Source: Desulfotalea psychrophila LSv54
GTDB taxonomy: Bacteria; Desulfobacterota; Desulfobulbia; Desulfobulbales; Desulfocapsaceae
NCBI RefSeq assembly: GCF_000025945.1
Contig: NC_006138.1
Location: 960,001-992,000 of the forward strand
Direction: 5' to 3'
DNA length: 32,000 nt
A program made the position numbers and the translations under genes. Position 1 is the stretch's first letter, and each line of letters opens with the position of its first letter. The notes below the pieces were generated by a model. That model made no database searches, had not been told where the DNA came from, and saw nothing but the letters and a program-made list of their open reading frames with translations. Of the stretch, positions 1-8,688 are shown one piece after another.

Positions 1-319
1 CAGCCTCGCTCTGCAGTTGATCTAACATTCCCTGCGAGTAGTCAATGGCGGTAACTCTTTGAACCTTCTTGGCAATGGGCAGGGCCAGGGTTCCAGAGCC
101 CGCTCCTATGTCGAGTACCGTCATTCCTGTTTCCAGGGGAAGATGGGAGAGGAAGAGAGAGCTGTAGTTGCTCTCTTTAGCGCTTTTAGAAAAAGATGGT
201 GCTTTTTTGTCCCAGTCACGTGCTTTTTTGCTTTTCCATGCCTTTTCCTTGCAGGCGTTGGCATGGAGTAACTTCCAGTCAATATCCTGGTAACAGCTGG
301 GAGAGTTTTTCTTTGTCAT
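1..319 (-). CDS. Class I SAM-dependent methyltransferase (5' part; gene continues past the left edge)
   Basis: Absent from the ORF track because it has no in-window stop. The reverse-strand ATG at 319-317 opens a frame that stays open to position 1: MTKKNSPSCYQDIDWKLLHANACKEKAW...GMTVLDIGAGSGTLALPIAKKVQRVTAIDYSQGMLDQLQSEA. VLDIGAGSG matches SAM-binding motif I. Confidence 0.7.
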   Translation of the reverse strand, partial: MTKKNSPSCYQDIDWKLLHANACKEKAWKSKKARDWDKKAPSFSKSAKESNYSSLFLSHLPLETGMTVLDIGAGSGTLALPIAKKVQRVTAIDYSQGMLDQLQSEA

Positions 320-463
320 AAAAAAAAGATTAGTTGAAAGTATGCGCAGTTAAGAACAGGTCTATTTTGTTTTTACCTGAGAAAAAAACGGTTTAGGTCC
401 CTGCAAAAATATCACAGCTAAAGTTCTTTAGCAAGAATAGGTCTCTTCTACAAGTTAAAATGT

Positions 464-492
464 TTGACACTAGCCCCTATTTGTGTTTAATA
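464..492 (+). promoter_or_regulatory. Candidate sigma70-type promoter upstream of rpmH operon
   Basis: TTGACA (464-469), a 17-nt spacer, then TTAATA (487-492), about 165 nt upstream of the rpmH ATG. Sequence match only. Confidence 0.35.
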
Positions 493-658
493 TTCCCACT
501 TTTCAAAAATGAAGAATTGTTGGGAATAGGCGATTTCCTAAGCAATGACCTGTACTGCTTGCTTTAGGCTTGCAGTTTTGTTTGTTGCGTGGGAAACTGA
601 AGTACGCTTTTTTCTGAGAAATAGCCTGTATTCTGTAAAATAATAAGAGGAAGTCGAA

Positions 659-796
659 ATGAGTAAAAGAACTTTTCAGCCAAGTAACATCAAGCGTAGT
701 CGTACCCATGGTTTTCGTGCGCGTATGAGCACCCGTGCCGGTCGTGCAATTCTTAACGCTCGCAGAGCTAAAGGACGTAAGAGACTTTCTGCATAA
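659..796 (+). CDS. rpmH: 50S ribosomal protein L34
   Basis: A 45-aa ORF too short for the track: [45 protein letters not shown]. This is near-canonical L34. AAGAGGAAG lies upstream of the ATG, and the gene sits directly upstream of rnpA as in most bacteria. Confidence 0.97.
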   Translation: MSKRTFQPSNIKRSRTHGFRARMSTRAGRAILNARRAKGRKRLSA

Positions 797-797
797 T

Positions 798-1160
798 TTG
801 GAAAGGTATCGGCTTCCAAAGACTGCCTTTGTTCGTAAAGGGTGGGAGTATGATGCGGTATATCGTGGAGGACGTCGCCTGCATGGCGTTGGTTTCACCA
901 TTATTTACCTGCTGAACTCGACGGAGAATAATAGGTTAGGGATAAGCGTTCACCGTAAGCTTCGGGGAGCCGTTAAGCGCAATCGGATTAAGAGAATAAT
1001 TCGGGAGTGTTTTAGGTTACATCGTGATATCTTTCCTCAAAAAGCAGATATAGTTTTTGCTGTTCGTCCTGGGTTTGCTCTCTCTTCACCCGAACAGATT
1101 CGACAGGCAGTTGGGTCTCTTTGTGGTACTCCCTGTGGTGTATGCAATGAAAAAGCCTAA
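798..1160 (+). CDS. rnpA: Ribonuclease P protein component
   Basis: The track ORF 735-1160 starts at a GTG inside rpmH. A TTG at 798, right after the rpmH stop, gives a typical 120-aa RnpA. The basic RNR-type motif [14 protein letters not shown] and the rpmH-rnpA-yidD-yidC synteny support the call. The start is uncertain (735 or 798). Confidence 0.9.
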   Translation: MERYRLPKTAFVRKGWEYDAVYRGGRRLHGVGFTIIYLLNSTENNRLGISVHRKLRGAVKRNRIKRIIRECFRLHRDIFPQKADIVFAVRPGFALSSPEQIRQAVGSLCGTPCGVCNEKA

Positions 1161-1383
1161 TTTTGCACAGTTACCCCGATTATTTATATTAGGGCTTGTC
1201 AAAGTCTACCAATACTGCATTTCTCCACTTTTTCCCCCAACGTGTCGTTTCACGCCCTGTTGTTCAACATATATGATTCAAGCAGTTGAAAAACATGGTG
1301 TGATACGAGGTGTTGCACTTGGCCTTTGGCGTATACTCCGCTGTCATCCATTTTCTAAGGGCGGCTATGACCCTGTTAAATGA
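1147..1383 (+). CDS. yidD: Membrane protein insertion efficiency factor YidD
   Basis: The internal ATG at 1147 of track ORF 1057-1383 gives 78 aa: MKKPNF...[19 protein letters not shown]...[14 protein letters not shown]. This is the conserved YidD signature. It overlaps the rnpA end and precedes yidC. Confidence 0.9.
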   Translation: MKKPNFAQLPRLFILGLVKVYQYCISPLFPPTCRFTPCCSTYMIQAVEKHGVIRGVALGLWRILRCHPFSKGGYDPVK

Positions 1384-1441
1384 GCCGACTTAAACTAACA
1401 CAATCGAATTCTGCGTATTCACTGCGTAAGAGAACCTAACT

Positions 1442-3103
1442 ATGGAAACCAAAAGAGCCCTTCTTGCGATTGTTATCTCGTTTGCCATTCTATTTGGCTA
1501 TCAGTATTTCTTTCCTGGTCTTGATCAGCCAGTCCAAACTACTTCAGAAACTCAGACCACTGTAAATGGTACTTCTGCAAAACAGGCAGGAGCTATACAA
1601 GAAATTACTGCTCCAGTTATTCCCGTTGTCGCCTCCGCAAAATACGATCGTGTTCCACGTGATATCGTTGTTGATACAGATCTCTATACCGCAACAATTA
1701 GTGAAGCCGGCGGTGCTCTGAAAAGCTTTGTCCTGAAAGAGCAAAAAGAGACCAATGCTGAAGATTCTCCAGGTATGCAACTGGTTAACAATAGCAAGAC
1801 GGATGGCTATCCTTTGACGTTCTCCTGGGGTGGTGCCGCTCCTTCTAACCTGCTCTATACCAGCCAGGATAGCGAGGTACGTTTTGGTAGCAACGGTAAG
1901 GCCCGCCTTATTATGACTGCCAAATCATCTACTGGACTTGTTATTGAAAGGGTTTATACCTTTGATAAAAAGACCTATCTCTTTGATCTCGATGTTCGTG
2001 TTGTTAATCAGTCGGGTCAGGCCCTGCAGGGATCTGCCCAGCTCCATCAGGTAAGTGTTCCCTATGAGTCAACCGAAGATAATCCTGCCGCTCGCTTTCT
2101 CTTTATGGGCCCTGTTGTCTATGCAGATGGTGAGCTTACAGAGATAGACCCTAAAGACCTCGAGGATGGTCCTCAGTCTTTTATGGGTGATATCCAGTGG
2201 CTTGGTTATGAGAGCCGCTATTTCATGTCAATGATTGTTCCCTATGGCCTTGATGGTCAAACCTTCACCACTTCCGGTGGTGCTGATCTGACCAAATCCT
2301 TCATTGCCGGCGGTTTGGATACCTTGGCAGCAGGGGCTGAAAAAGAGTATAAATACCACGTTCTCTATGGACCGAAAAAAGTAGAGATGCTTAAGAGTGC
2401 AGGCTATGATCTTGATAAGGCCGTGAACTTTGGCTGGTTTGATATCATTGCCAAACCCACTCTCTGGTTGCTCAACTTCTTTCATAGCTTTACCCATAAC
2501 TACGGTATCGCAATTATCCTTGTAACCATCATGTTCAAGGGCATTTTCTGGCCAATTACCCAAAAGGGTATGAAGTCCATGAAAAACATGCAAAAATTGC
2601 AACCTAAGATGGCTGCTCTTAAGGAGAAGCATAAGGACGATCCAACCAGGATGAACAAAGAGGTGATGAGTCTCTATAAGGCGTATAAGGTGAATCCTTT
2701 GGGCGGTTGTTTACCCATGGTCCTGCAGATTCCTGTCTTCTTTGCCCTCTATAAGGTACTCCTGCTCTCCATCGAGCTTCGCCATGCCCCTTTTATGTTC
2801 TGGATCACCGACCTCTCTGCTCCTGATCGTCTCTGGATTGGTTTTAACCTGCCATACCTTGGCGGTTTGCCGGTGTTGACCCTGTTGATGGGTGCCTCCA
2901 TGTTTCTTCAGCAGAAGTTTAGTCCGACAACTGCCGATCCGACCCAGGCAAAGATTATGATGTTTCTCCCTGTTGTTTTTACCTTCATGTTCTTGAACTT
3001 CGCCTCGGGCCTTGTTCTCTACTGGTTTGTGAATAATCTGTTATCTATCCTGCAACAGGTTCTCATTAATCGGGATGTGAAGCATAAAACCGCTACTGCC
3101 TAA
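1442..3103 (+). CDS. yidC: Membrane protein insertase YidC
   Basis: 553 aa with an N-terminal TM segment and a large periplasmic domain. The conserved C-terminal core reads NPLGGCLPMVLQIPVFFALYKVL...GLVLYWFVNNLLSILQQ. Synteny supports the call. Confidence 0.95.
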   Translation: METKRALLAIVISFAILFGYQYFFPGLDQPVQTTSETQTTVNGTSAKQAGAIQEITAPVIPVVASAKYDRVPRDIVVDTDLYTATISEAGGALKSFVLKEQKETNAEDSPGMQLVNNSKTDGYPLTFSWGGAAPSNLLYTSQDSEVRFGSNGKARLIMTAKSSTGLVIERVYTFDKKTYLFDLDVRVVNQSGQALQGSAQLHQVSVPYESTEDNPAARFLFMGPVVYADGELTEIDPKDLEDGPQSFMGDIQWLGYESRYFMSMIVPYGLDGQTFTTSGGADLTKSFIAGGLDTLAAGAEKEYKYHVLYGPKKVEMLKSAGYDLDKAVNFGWFDIIAKPTLWLLNFFHSFTHNYGIAIILVTIMFKGIFWPITQKGMKSMKNMQKLQPKMAALKEKHKDDPTRMNKEVMSLYKAYKVNPLGGCLPMVLQIPVFFALYKVLLLSIELRHAPFMFWITDLSAPDRLWIGFNLPYLGGLPVLTLLMGASMFLQQKFSPTTADPTQAKIMMFLPVVFTFMFLNFASGLVLYWFVNNLLSILQQVLINRDVKHKTATA

Positions 3104-3118
3104 AGATATTATATGAGA

Positions 3119-3145
3119 GGCGGAGGAAGAGTCCTCTGCCTTTTT
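3119..3145 (+). terminator. Hairpin plus T-run after yidC (possible attenuating intrinsic terminator)
   Basis: GGCGGAGG (3119-3126), loop AAGAGT, CCTCTGCC (3133-3140), giving an 8-bp stem with one G-T pair, followed by TTTTT (3141-3145). It lies between genes that are usually co-transcribed, so its function is uncertain. Confidence 0.4.
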
Positions 3146-3160
3146 GAATGGAGATAGTTC

Positions 3161-4027
3161 ATGGCTTTTGGAAAAAAAGAAGAGCATGATTTTTATGGTA
3201 AAGAAGTCACCGATGCAATCAAAAAGGCCTGTGAGACCTTTGCTGTTCCCCAAGAGGAATTGGATATAGAGATTGTCTTTACCGGTTCCGCTGGTATCTT
3301 TGGTCTTATCCGCAAGAAGGCGCATATTCGTGCTTTTGTTAAGCAGGCAGAAAAAGAAACAGCCCCCGTTGTAGAAGAAGAGGTGCTTGTTAAATCTGCC
3401 CCTCCTGCCCGGAAAGAGGTTGTTGCATCGGCTCTTGCTCCGAATAAAGAAGAGGCCTACGATAGGAATAATCTTCCCACCGAAGTCAGCGATGAGAGTA
3501 TTGCCCTGATAGAGCAGGAAACGCTTAAGGTCATTGAGTTGATGAAGTTTACTGCCGTGGTTAAGGCCACTGCCGAGGCGGGAACCGTTCGTTGTGTGAT
3601 AACTACTGATTTCGAGGATGAGCTGACCGGACAGGATGGTAAAACACTTGATAGTCTTCAGTATATTATTCGTAAGATCGTGGTGAAGAGGGTTGAGGAC
3701 AGGCTGCGAATTAATCTTGATGTTAATGATTTTCGTACCCGTCGCCTTGAAGAGCTGAAACAGCGGGCTGTAGAGCTTGCATCCAAGGTCAAAGAAGATG
3801 GTAAGACCCAGGTGATCACCTCTCTGAATCCCTCTGAACGCCGAGCTATTCATATGATATTGCAGGAAGATAAGGAGATTCGCAGTCGCTCCATTGGCGA
3901 TGGCCTCTTTAAGAAAATTCTTATCTATAAGCCAGGTAATGGCAATCGTGGCGGGCGTAAGCGTTATAGCCCCGGTCGTAAGGATCGTACTGGCAAGAGT
4001 GAGACGCCGGTAAGCGACGAATCCTAA
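3161..4027 (+). CDS. jag: RNA-binding protein Jag/KhpB (Jag_N-KH-R3H)
   Basis: 288 aa. The Jag-N-like N-terminus reads GKEVTDAIKKACETFAVPQEELDIEIV, and the C-terminal R3H-type segment reads LNPSERRAIHMILQEDKEIRSRSIGDG. GGAGAT lies upstream of the ATG, and the position between yidC and mnmE is conserved. Confidence 0.9.
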   Translation: MAFGKKEEHDFYGKEVTDAIKKACETFAVPQEELDIEIVFTGSAGIFGLIRKKAHIRAFVKQAEKETAPVVEEEVLVKSAPPARKEVVASALAPNKEEAYDRNNLPTEVSDESIALIEQETLKVIELMKFTAVVKATAEAGTVRCVITTDFEDELTGQDGKTLDSLQYIIRKIVVKRVEDRLRINLDVNDFRTRRLEELKQRAVELASKVKEDGKTQVITSLNPSERRAIHMILQEDKEIRSRSIGDGLFKKILIYKPGNGNRGGRKRYSPGRKDRTGKSETPVSDES

Positions 4028-4126
4028 TATTTTTTAGTAGGTTGTTTTTTTAATGGGCGCAGGCATATCGTTGATGTGTTCTGCGCTCAGTTGTTTGTAC
4101 TGGAGCACTCTAAGGGGAAATTTGAA

Positions 4127-5581
4127 ATGGCTGTATTTCCCAGGGTGGTTCGAAAAATTATAGAGATCAATAAGACCATGGCTATATCCTACGCTGATAA
4201 TGAAACTATTGCTGCTATTTCAACTCCTATGGGTACCGGAGGCATTGGGGTCATCCGCATAAGCGGCAAAGAGTCTCTGACCATTCTCCAGACAATTTTT
4301 CGTCCCCATAATGACTCCTGCAGTTACCGTAGTCATCAAATGTATTATGGGCAGATCGTGGCAGCCGATGGCCATCAGTTGGATGAGGTTTTGGTCGTCT
4401 ATATGCGGGCTCCCAAGACATATACCTGTGAAGACATTGTCGAGATACACTGTCATGGTAATTTTCTTGTCCTGCAAAATGTTCTGGAGCTGGTTATCGA
4501 GAAGGGGGCAAGTCTGGCTGAGCCCGGTGAGTTTACCAAGAGGGCCTTTTTTAATGGCCGGATTGATCTGACCAAGGCCGAGGCTGTTATTGATGTTCTC
4601 TCAGCCAAGACCCGTAAGGGAGTAGATGTGGCTCAGGAGCAGCTGGCAGGTTCCCTCTATCGTCGTATCGAGCCGATCCGTAACGCCCTGGTCCATATGC
4701 GTGCCCTCTTTGAGGTGGCTATTGATTTCCCTGATCAATCCCATGACATTGTTGACTATGAGCAGATAGATCTGCAGCTGAAGACAGAGGTGATTGCCCC
4801 TGTTAAGGAACTCTTGGCTGGGGTGGATAGGGGCCGGATATATCGTCAGGGGATTTCCATGGTTATCGCCGGTCGACCCAATGTCGGCAAGTCCAGTCTG
4901 CTTAATGCGGTTCTCCAAGAGGAGCGGGCCCTGGTTACCTCCATTGCCGGCACCACCAGAGACTCCATTGAAGAGATGGTGGATATCCTCGGGATGCCTG
5001 TTCGTATTGTCGATACGGCAGGAATACGCCGGCAGGCGGGAGAGGTGGAGGCCCTGGGCATTCAGCGGGCCAAGGATCTGATTAATAGTGCCGACCTCGT
5101 CCTCTTCATGGTCGATGGTTCTCGGCAGCTTGATCAGTCTGATCTTGAACTCTATGAAGACATTGCTCATAAGCCGATGATTGCCGTGATCAATAAGCTG
5201 GATCTTCTGGCCGAGGATGGCACTGCAGCTGCGGCTCTGCTTGACTTTGTCCCTGCATCTGTCCCCCGCCTGGCCATTTCAGCGAGGGAAGGTGAGGGGC
5301 TAGAGGCACTTAAGCAGGCAATTTTTACCGTGGTAACTGGTAGTGATACCCCTTGGGACGAAGAGGGCTGTGCCCCTAACCTGCGTCATAAAAAATCACT
5401 GGAGGCAACTCTCATTGCTGCCGAGCGCATGGTCGACGATCTGGCTCAGGGCATGGGGAGTTCCGACCTCCTCTCCATTGATATGCAGGAGTGTCTTGAC
5501 CAGCTGGGCGACATCATCGGCATCACCACCACCGACGATGTCTTTGACGTCATCTTCTCTGAATTCTGTCTTGGCAAATAA
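4127..5581 (+). CDS. mnmE: tRNA uridine-5-carboxymethylaminomethyl(34) synthesis GTPase MnmE
   Basis: N-terminal TIAAISTPMGTGGIGVIRISG; G-domain motifs GRPNVGKSS, DTAG and NKLD; C-terminal FCLGK. The ATG at 4127 has an AAGGGGA Shine-Dalgarno. The ATG at 4178 (MAISYADNETIAA) is an alternative start, and the track start at 4076 looks too long. Confidence 0.93.
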   Translation: MAVFPRVVRKIIEINKTMAISYADNETIAAISTPMGTGGIGVIRISGKESLTILQTIFRPHNDSCSYRSHQMYYGQIVAADGHQLDEVLVVYMRAPKTYTCEDIVEIHCHGNFLVLQNVLELVIEKGASLAEPGEFTKRAFFNGRIDLTKAEAVIDVLSAKTRKGVDVAQEQLAGSLYRRIEPIRNALVHMRALFEVAIDFPDQSHDIVDYEQIDLQLKTEVIAPVKELLAGVDRGRIYRQGISMVIAGRPNVGKSSLLNAVLQEERALVTSIAGTTRDSIEEMVDILGMPVRIVDTAGIRRQAGEVEALGIQRAKDLINSADLVLFMVDGSRQLDQSDLELYEDIAHKPMIAVINKLDLLAEDGTAAAALLDFVPASVPRLAISAREGEGLEALKQAIFTVVTGSDTPWDEEGCAPNLRHKKSLEATLIAAERMVDDLAQGMGSSDLLSIDMQECLDQLGDIIGITTTDDVFDVIFSEFCLGK

Positions 5582-5913
5582 GGCAGCTATCAGAGAACTA
5601 CAGCTGTCAGCTATCAGCTGTCAGAAAAAAGATGCTAGATACGAGATACGAGAAAAAACTTAACAGCAAAAAGAGCTTAAAAATAAGGTTATTACCGCAC
5701 TCGCCATTTCGCTCCGCTTTACTGCTGTTTTTATCTCTTTCTAGAATCTCGTATCCGTCCTTGCAGTTGCTTTTTCTTATAGCTGTCAGCTCCCAACTGA
5801 TAGCTTTTTCCCTCTGTGTTCTCCCCTTCCTCTGTGGTTAACTGTTTTTTCTGATAGCTGATAGCTGATAGCTGATAGCTGATAGCTGACAGCTGACAGC
5901 TGACAGCTTTCTC
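5582..5913. repeat. Mosaic intergenic repeat spacer 1 (family shared with five other spacers)
   Basis: Module GATGCTAGATACGAGATACGAGAAAAAACTTAACAGCAAAAAGAGCTTAAAAATAAGGTTATTACCGCA (5631-5699) recurs at 10897-10965 and 14136-14211. Also present are CGCCATTTCGCTCCGC..ACTGCTG, TCTAGAATCTCGTATCCG, CAGCTCCCAACT and CCTCTGTGTTCTCC..CCTCTGTGGTTAA (5811-5841), each repeated elsewhere. Confidence 0.85.
5853..5908. repeat. Perfect heptamer tandem array (GATAGCT)x5 (GACAGCT)x3
   Basis: Counted directly: GATAGCT at 5853, 5860, 5867, 5874 and 5881; GACAGCT at 5888, 5895 and 5902. The array ends 5 nt from the elbB stop codon (5914-5916, minus strand). Confidence 0.95.
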
Positions 5914-6570
5914 CTACTCCATCATTTCCACTATTTCCGTCATTAAAGCATCTGCCCCCGCCCCAATCTGGTCAACCCGGGCATCGAGCATATAGCAGGG
6001 GGTGCTTACCACCAGGTTCTTTCTATCTATTACGATCTGACCATGATCCGTTGTTTGGGTCGAGGCTCCCATCTTCTCGGCATTTTGGTGCGAGATAGGA
6101 TCTTGGCCGAGGGTTATCTCTACTCCGGAGATGAGTCTGGCCAGAAGCATGGGGGCAATGCAGAGGGCACCGATGGGCTTTTTTGCCTGGTGCATGTCGA
6201 TAATTGCCTTTTTCACCTCGGGGTTAACCTGACAGTTCACTCCTGCACTAAAATAGTCCGAGAGGTTTTTGGCGGCGCCAAAGCCTCCGGGGATGATGAG
6301 GGCGTCGTAGTCTTCCGCCTTGAACTGGTTAAGATCACTGATCTTGCCCCGGGCAATGCGGGCAGACTCCACCAATACATTTCTGCTCTCGCCCGTCTCC
6401 TCACCATTCAGATGATTGATCACATGGAGCTGATCTATATCGGGGGCAAAACAGTGGTAGTCACAGCCATGGCTGTGAATGGCCCAGAGGCTCATGGTTG
6501 CCTCGTGGATCTCAGAGCCATCAAGGTGACCACATCCAGAGAGAATTACTGCAATTTTGTGTTTTTTCAT
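5914..6570 (-). CDS. elbB: ElbB-type DJ-1/PfpI family glyoxalase (isoprenoid biosynthesis protein ElbB)
   Basis: 218 aa: MKKHKIAVILSGCGHLDGSEIHEA...CFAPD...VINHL.GE...RNVLVESARIARG...DALIIPGGFGAAKNLS...KPIGALCIAP. It is co-linear with my recollection of E. coli ElbB, including the nucleophile-elbow Cys. Confidence 0.85.
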   Translation of the reverse strand: MKKHKIAVILSGCGHLDGSEIHEATMSLWAIHSHGCDYHCFAPDIDQLHVINHLNGEETGESRNVLVESARIARGKISDLNQFKAEDYDALIIPGGFGAAKNLSDYFSAGVNCQVNPEVKKAIIDMHQAKKPIGALCIAPMLLARLISGVEITLGQDPISHQNAEKMGASTQTTDHGQIVIDRKNLVVSTPCYMLDARVDQIGAGADALMTEIVEMME

Positions 6571-6632
6571 TATCGTTCCTCTTGTTGATTAAGTGGGGAA
6601 GTGAGACTTTTTAGCTCTTGCTCGTTATCTTT

Positions 6633-6641
6633 CTCGTATTC
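6633..6641. repeat. IS1 target-site duplication, left copy (CTCGTATTC)
   Basis: Bases 6633-6641 (CTCGTATTC) are identical to 7410-7418 and directly abut the IS1 ends. 9 bp is the canonical IS1 duplication length. Confidence 0.92.
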
Positions 6642-6656
6642 GGTAATGACTCCAAC

Positions 6657-7160
6657 TTATTGATAGTGTTTTATGTTCAGATAATGCCCGATGACTTTGT
6701 CATGCAGCTCCACCGATTTTGAGAACGACAGCGACTTCCGTCCCAGCCGTGCCAGGTGCTGCCTCAGATTCAGGTTATGCCGCTCAATTCGCTGCGTATA
6801 TCGCTTGCTGATTACGTGCAGCTTTCCCTTCAGGCGGGATTCATACAGCGGCCAGCCATCCGTCATCCATATCACCACGTCAAAGGGTGACAGCAGGCTC
6901 ATAAGACGCCCCAGCGTCGCCATAGTGCGTTCACCGAATACGTGCGCAACAACCGTCTTCCGGAGACTGTCATACGCGTAAAACAGCCAGCGCTGGCGCG
7001 ATTTAGCCCCGACATAGCCCCACTGTTCGTCCATTTCCGCGCAGACGATGACGTCACTGCCCGGCTGTATGCGCGAGGTTACCGACTGCGGCCTGAGTTT
7101 TTTAAGTGACGTAAAATCGTGTTGAGGCCAACGCCCATAATGCGGGCTGTTGCCCGGCAT
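6657..7160 (-). CDS. insB: IS1 InsB' frame (expressed as InsAB' transposase after -1 frameshift)
   Basis: Track ORF, 167 aa: ...[42 protein letters not shown]...[10 protein letters not shown]...KHYQ. This is IS1 InsB with the DDE region, and it overlaps the insA 3' end in the -1 frame. Confidence 0.92.
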
Positions 7161-7354
7161 CCAACGCCATTCATGGCCATATCAATGATTTTCTGGTGCG
7201 TACCGGGTTGAGAAGCGGTGTAAGTGAACTGCAGTTGCCATGTTTTACGGCAGTGAGAGCAGAGATAGCGCTGATGTCCGGCGGTGCTTTTGCCGTTACG
7301 CACCACCCCGTCAGTAGCTGAACAGGAGGGACAGCTGATAGAAACAGAAGCCAC
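7079..7354 (-). CDS. insA: IS1 InsA transposition inhibitor / N-terminal part of InsAB'
   Basis: 91 aa: [91 protein letters not shown]. Zinc-finger plus HTH, matching IS1 InsA. Confidence 0.95.
7097..7103 (-). promoter_or_regulatory. IS1 A6C programmed -1 ribosomal frameshift site
   Basis: Plus strand GTTTTTT (7097-7103) reads AAAAAAC on the minus strand. It lies inside TTAAAAAACTC near the 3' end of insA, the established IS1 slippery motif. Confidence 0.85.
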
Positions 7355-7409
7355 TGGAGCACCTCAAAAACACCATCATACACTAAATCAGTAAGTTGGC
7401 AGCATCACC

Positions 7410-7418
7410 CTCGTATTC
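7410..7418. repeat. IS1 target-site duplication, right copy (CTCGTATTC)
   Basis: Identical to 6633-6641. Confidence 0.92.
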
Positions 7419-7500
7419 TTCTATAATAGAGAGAAATGAACCGTCCCACAAATGATATGCTCTCTCTTTTAAATTTTTATGAGTCCCTAAGGAAAATGCC

Positions 7501-8688
7501 ATGAACCTTCTTGATATCCTTCACTCAGAACTCAACCCTGTCCCGGTCAGTCAGGAAATTGTACCTTTAATAGAGGCCGGTGGCCGGGTTGTCTCTGAAG
7601 ATATTCGGGCCCGGATTCCCCTGCCTAGCTATGATCAGTCCAGTCGGGATGGTTTTGCTCTTGCCTCTCTTTCGGAAATGGGCGCTAGCTATCGACTCCT
7701 GGAGTTTGAGGCCTTTGCTGGCAATAGCGAGACGATTTCGCTTCGGGCCGGAGAGGCCTGTGCGGTGATGACCGGTGGCCTGATACCTCTTGGTGCCTCC
7801 CGAGTGGTGCCTAAGGAGCACTGTGCTCCCATGGCTGATACTCTTCAGCTTGATCTGGCGGCCATGGGCCTGCCTCCCTTTATCCAGAGGGTGGGGGAGG
7901 AGGTCGGCCTGCATGAGATAATTATTAAGAGGGGAGAACTTGTCCAGGCCGAAGATCTGGGGCTCTTGGCCAGCACCGGTAATGGGCAGATTCCTGTTTA
8001 CAGGCGACCAAGGGTGGGCTTTTTTGCCACCGGCACCGAATTGCTTGAGTTGGGGCAGGCACCTGTCGCTGGTATGAAGTTTGCCTCAAATCATTATATG
8101 CTTGCCGAACTCTGCAGTCTCTATGGCAGTGAGGGGCACAATATGGGAAGGGTGTCCGACAGGGGGGAGGTACTTACCAAGCTCTTCTCGGAGATAGTCG
8201 AGGGGGATCTTGATCTGGTCATAAGTACCGGCGGTATGGGGCCCGGTCGTTATGATCTGCTTGAGGAGAGCTTTGTTGCAGCCGGTGGCAGACTGGTGGT
8301 GAACTCTCTGCCCATGCTGCCCGGTAGATCAACCTTGGTCGGCTGGCTTGGTACGACCCTCTTCTATGGCCTCCCCGGTACCCCTCGGGCAATTCGTCCC
8401 CTCTTCACCGAGCTCATCTCCCGTTCCCTGCTTGCCATGCAGGGGCTGCTGGAAAATGCTCCCGTGCAGATAGAGGCTCGTCTTATTCGGGACTGTCGCC
8501 TGCGCAGGGCAGATGTTCCCAGTCTACAGGGAGGCAAGCTCTCCTATCAAGATGGGCGGGTCTGGGTTGAGAGGGTGGCTAGGACGGGTTCTCCCGATTG
8601 TTTTATGTTGGTGCCTGCTGGTTCTGATTGTCTTGAGGCTAATAGCTCTGTTCGGGTCCACCTGACAAGGTCACCATTTTCTCGTTAG
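7501..8688 (+). CDS. moeA: Molybdopterin molybdenumtransferase MoeA-like
   Basis: 395 aa. MoeA hallmarks: SSRDGFA (substrate-domain S.xDG[FY]A), VMTGGLIP, tandem domain organisation, ISTGGMGPGRYDLL (MoCF_biosynth TGG motif) and GLPGTP. Confidence 0.82.
   Translation: MNLLDILHSELNPVPVSQEIVPLIEAGGRVVSEDIRARIPLPSYDQSSRDGFALASLSEMGASYRLLEFEAFAGNSETISLRAGEACAVMTGGLIPLGASRVVPKEHCAPMADTLQLDLAAMGLPPFIQRVGEEVGLHEIIIKRGELVQAEDLGLLASTGNGQIPVYRRPRVGFFATGTELLELGQAPVAGMKFASNHYMLAELCSLYGSEGHNMGRVSDRGEVLTKLFSEIVEGDLDLVISTGGMGPGRYDLLEESFVAAGGRLVVNSLPMLPGRSTLVGWLGTTLFYGLPGTPRAIRPLFTELISRSLLAMQGLLENAPVQIEARLIRDCRLRRADVPSLQGGKLSYQDGRVWVERVARTGSPDCFMLVPAGSDCLEANSSVRVHLTRSPFSR

Larger units (their letters stand above)
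6642..7409 (-). mobile_element. Insertion sequence IS1 (complete, 768 bp)
   Basis: Terminal inverted repeats GGTAATGACTCCAACTTATTGAT (6642-6664) and ATCAGTAAGTTGGCAGCATCACC (7387-7409). The insA and insB' frames and the A6C slippery site are present, and the length is exactly 768 bp. The sequence reads as the enterobacterial IS1 I recall from E. coli. Confidence 0.97.

Noticed and set aside
320-658. Possible oriC or DnaA-box cluster upstream of rpmH, where the origin often lies.
   Set aside because: I found no TTATCCACA/TGTGGATAA-type boxes by eye, and dnaA is not adjacent; the upstream gene is a methyltransferase.
503-901. Minus-strand ORF of 132 aa overlapping rpmH and the rnpA start.
   Set aside because: It lies antisense to two strongly supported conserved genes and has an Arg/Thr/Ser-rich low-complexity composition. 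It is a shadow ORF.
3041-3853. Long antisense ORFs opposite well-supported genes: 3041-3853 (jag), 2228-2632 (yidC), 4601-5170 (mnmE), 6043-6588 (elbB), 19278-19859 and 19893-20333 (xsc), 21960-22721 (SIMPL), 23854-24291 (pabB), 27848-28342 (nitroreductase) and 16251-16583 (STAND).
   Set aside because: Each lies opposite a gene with clear family motifs and has no recognisable motifs of its own. These are typical shadow frames.
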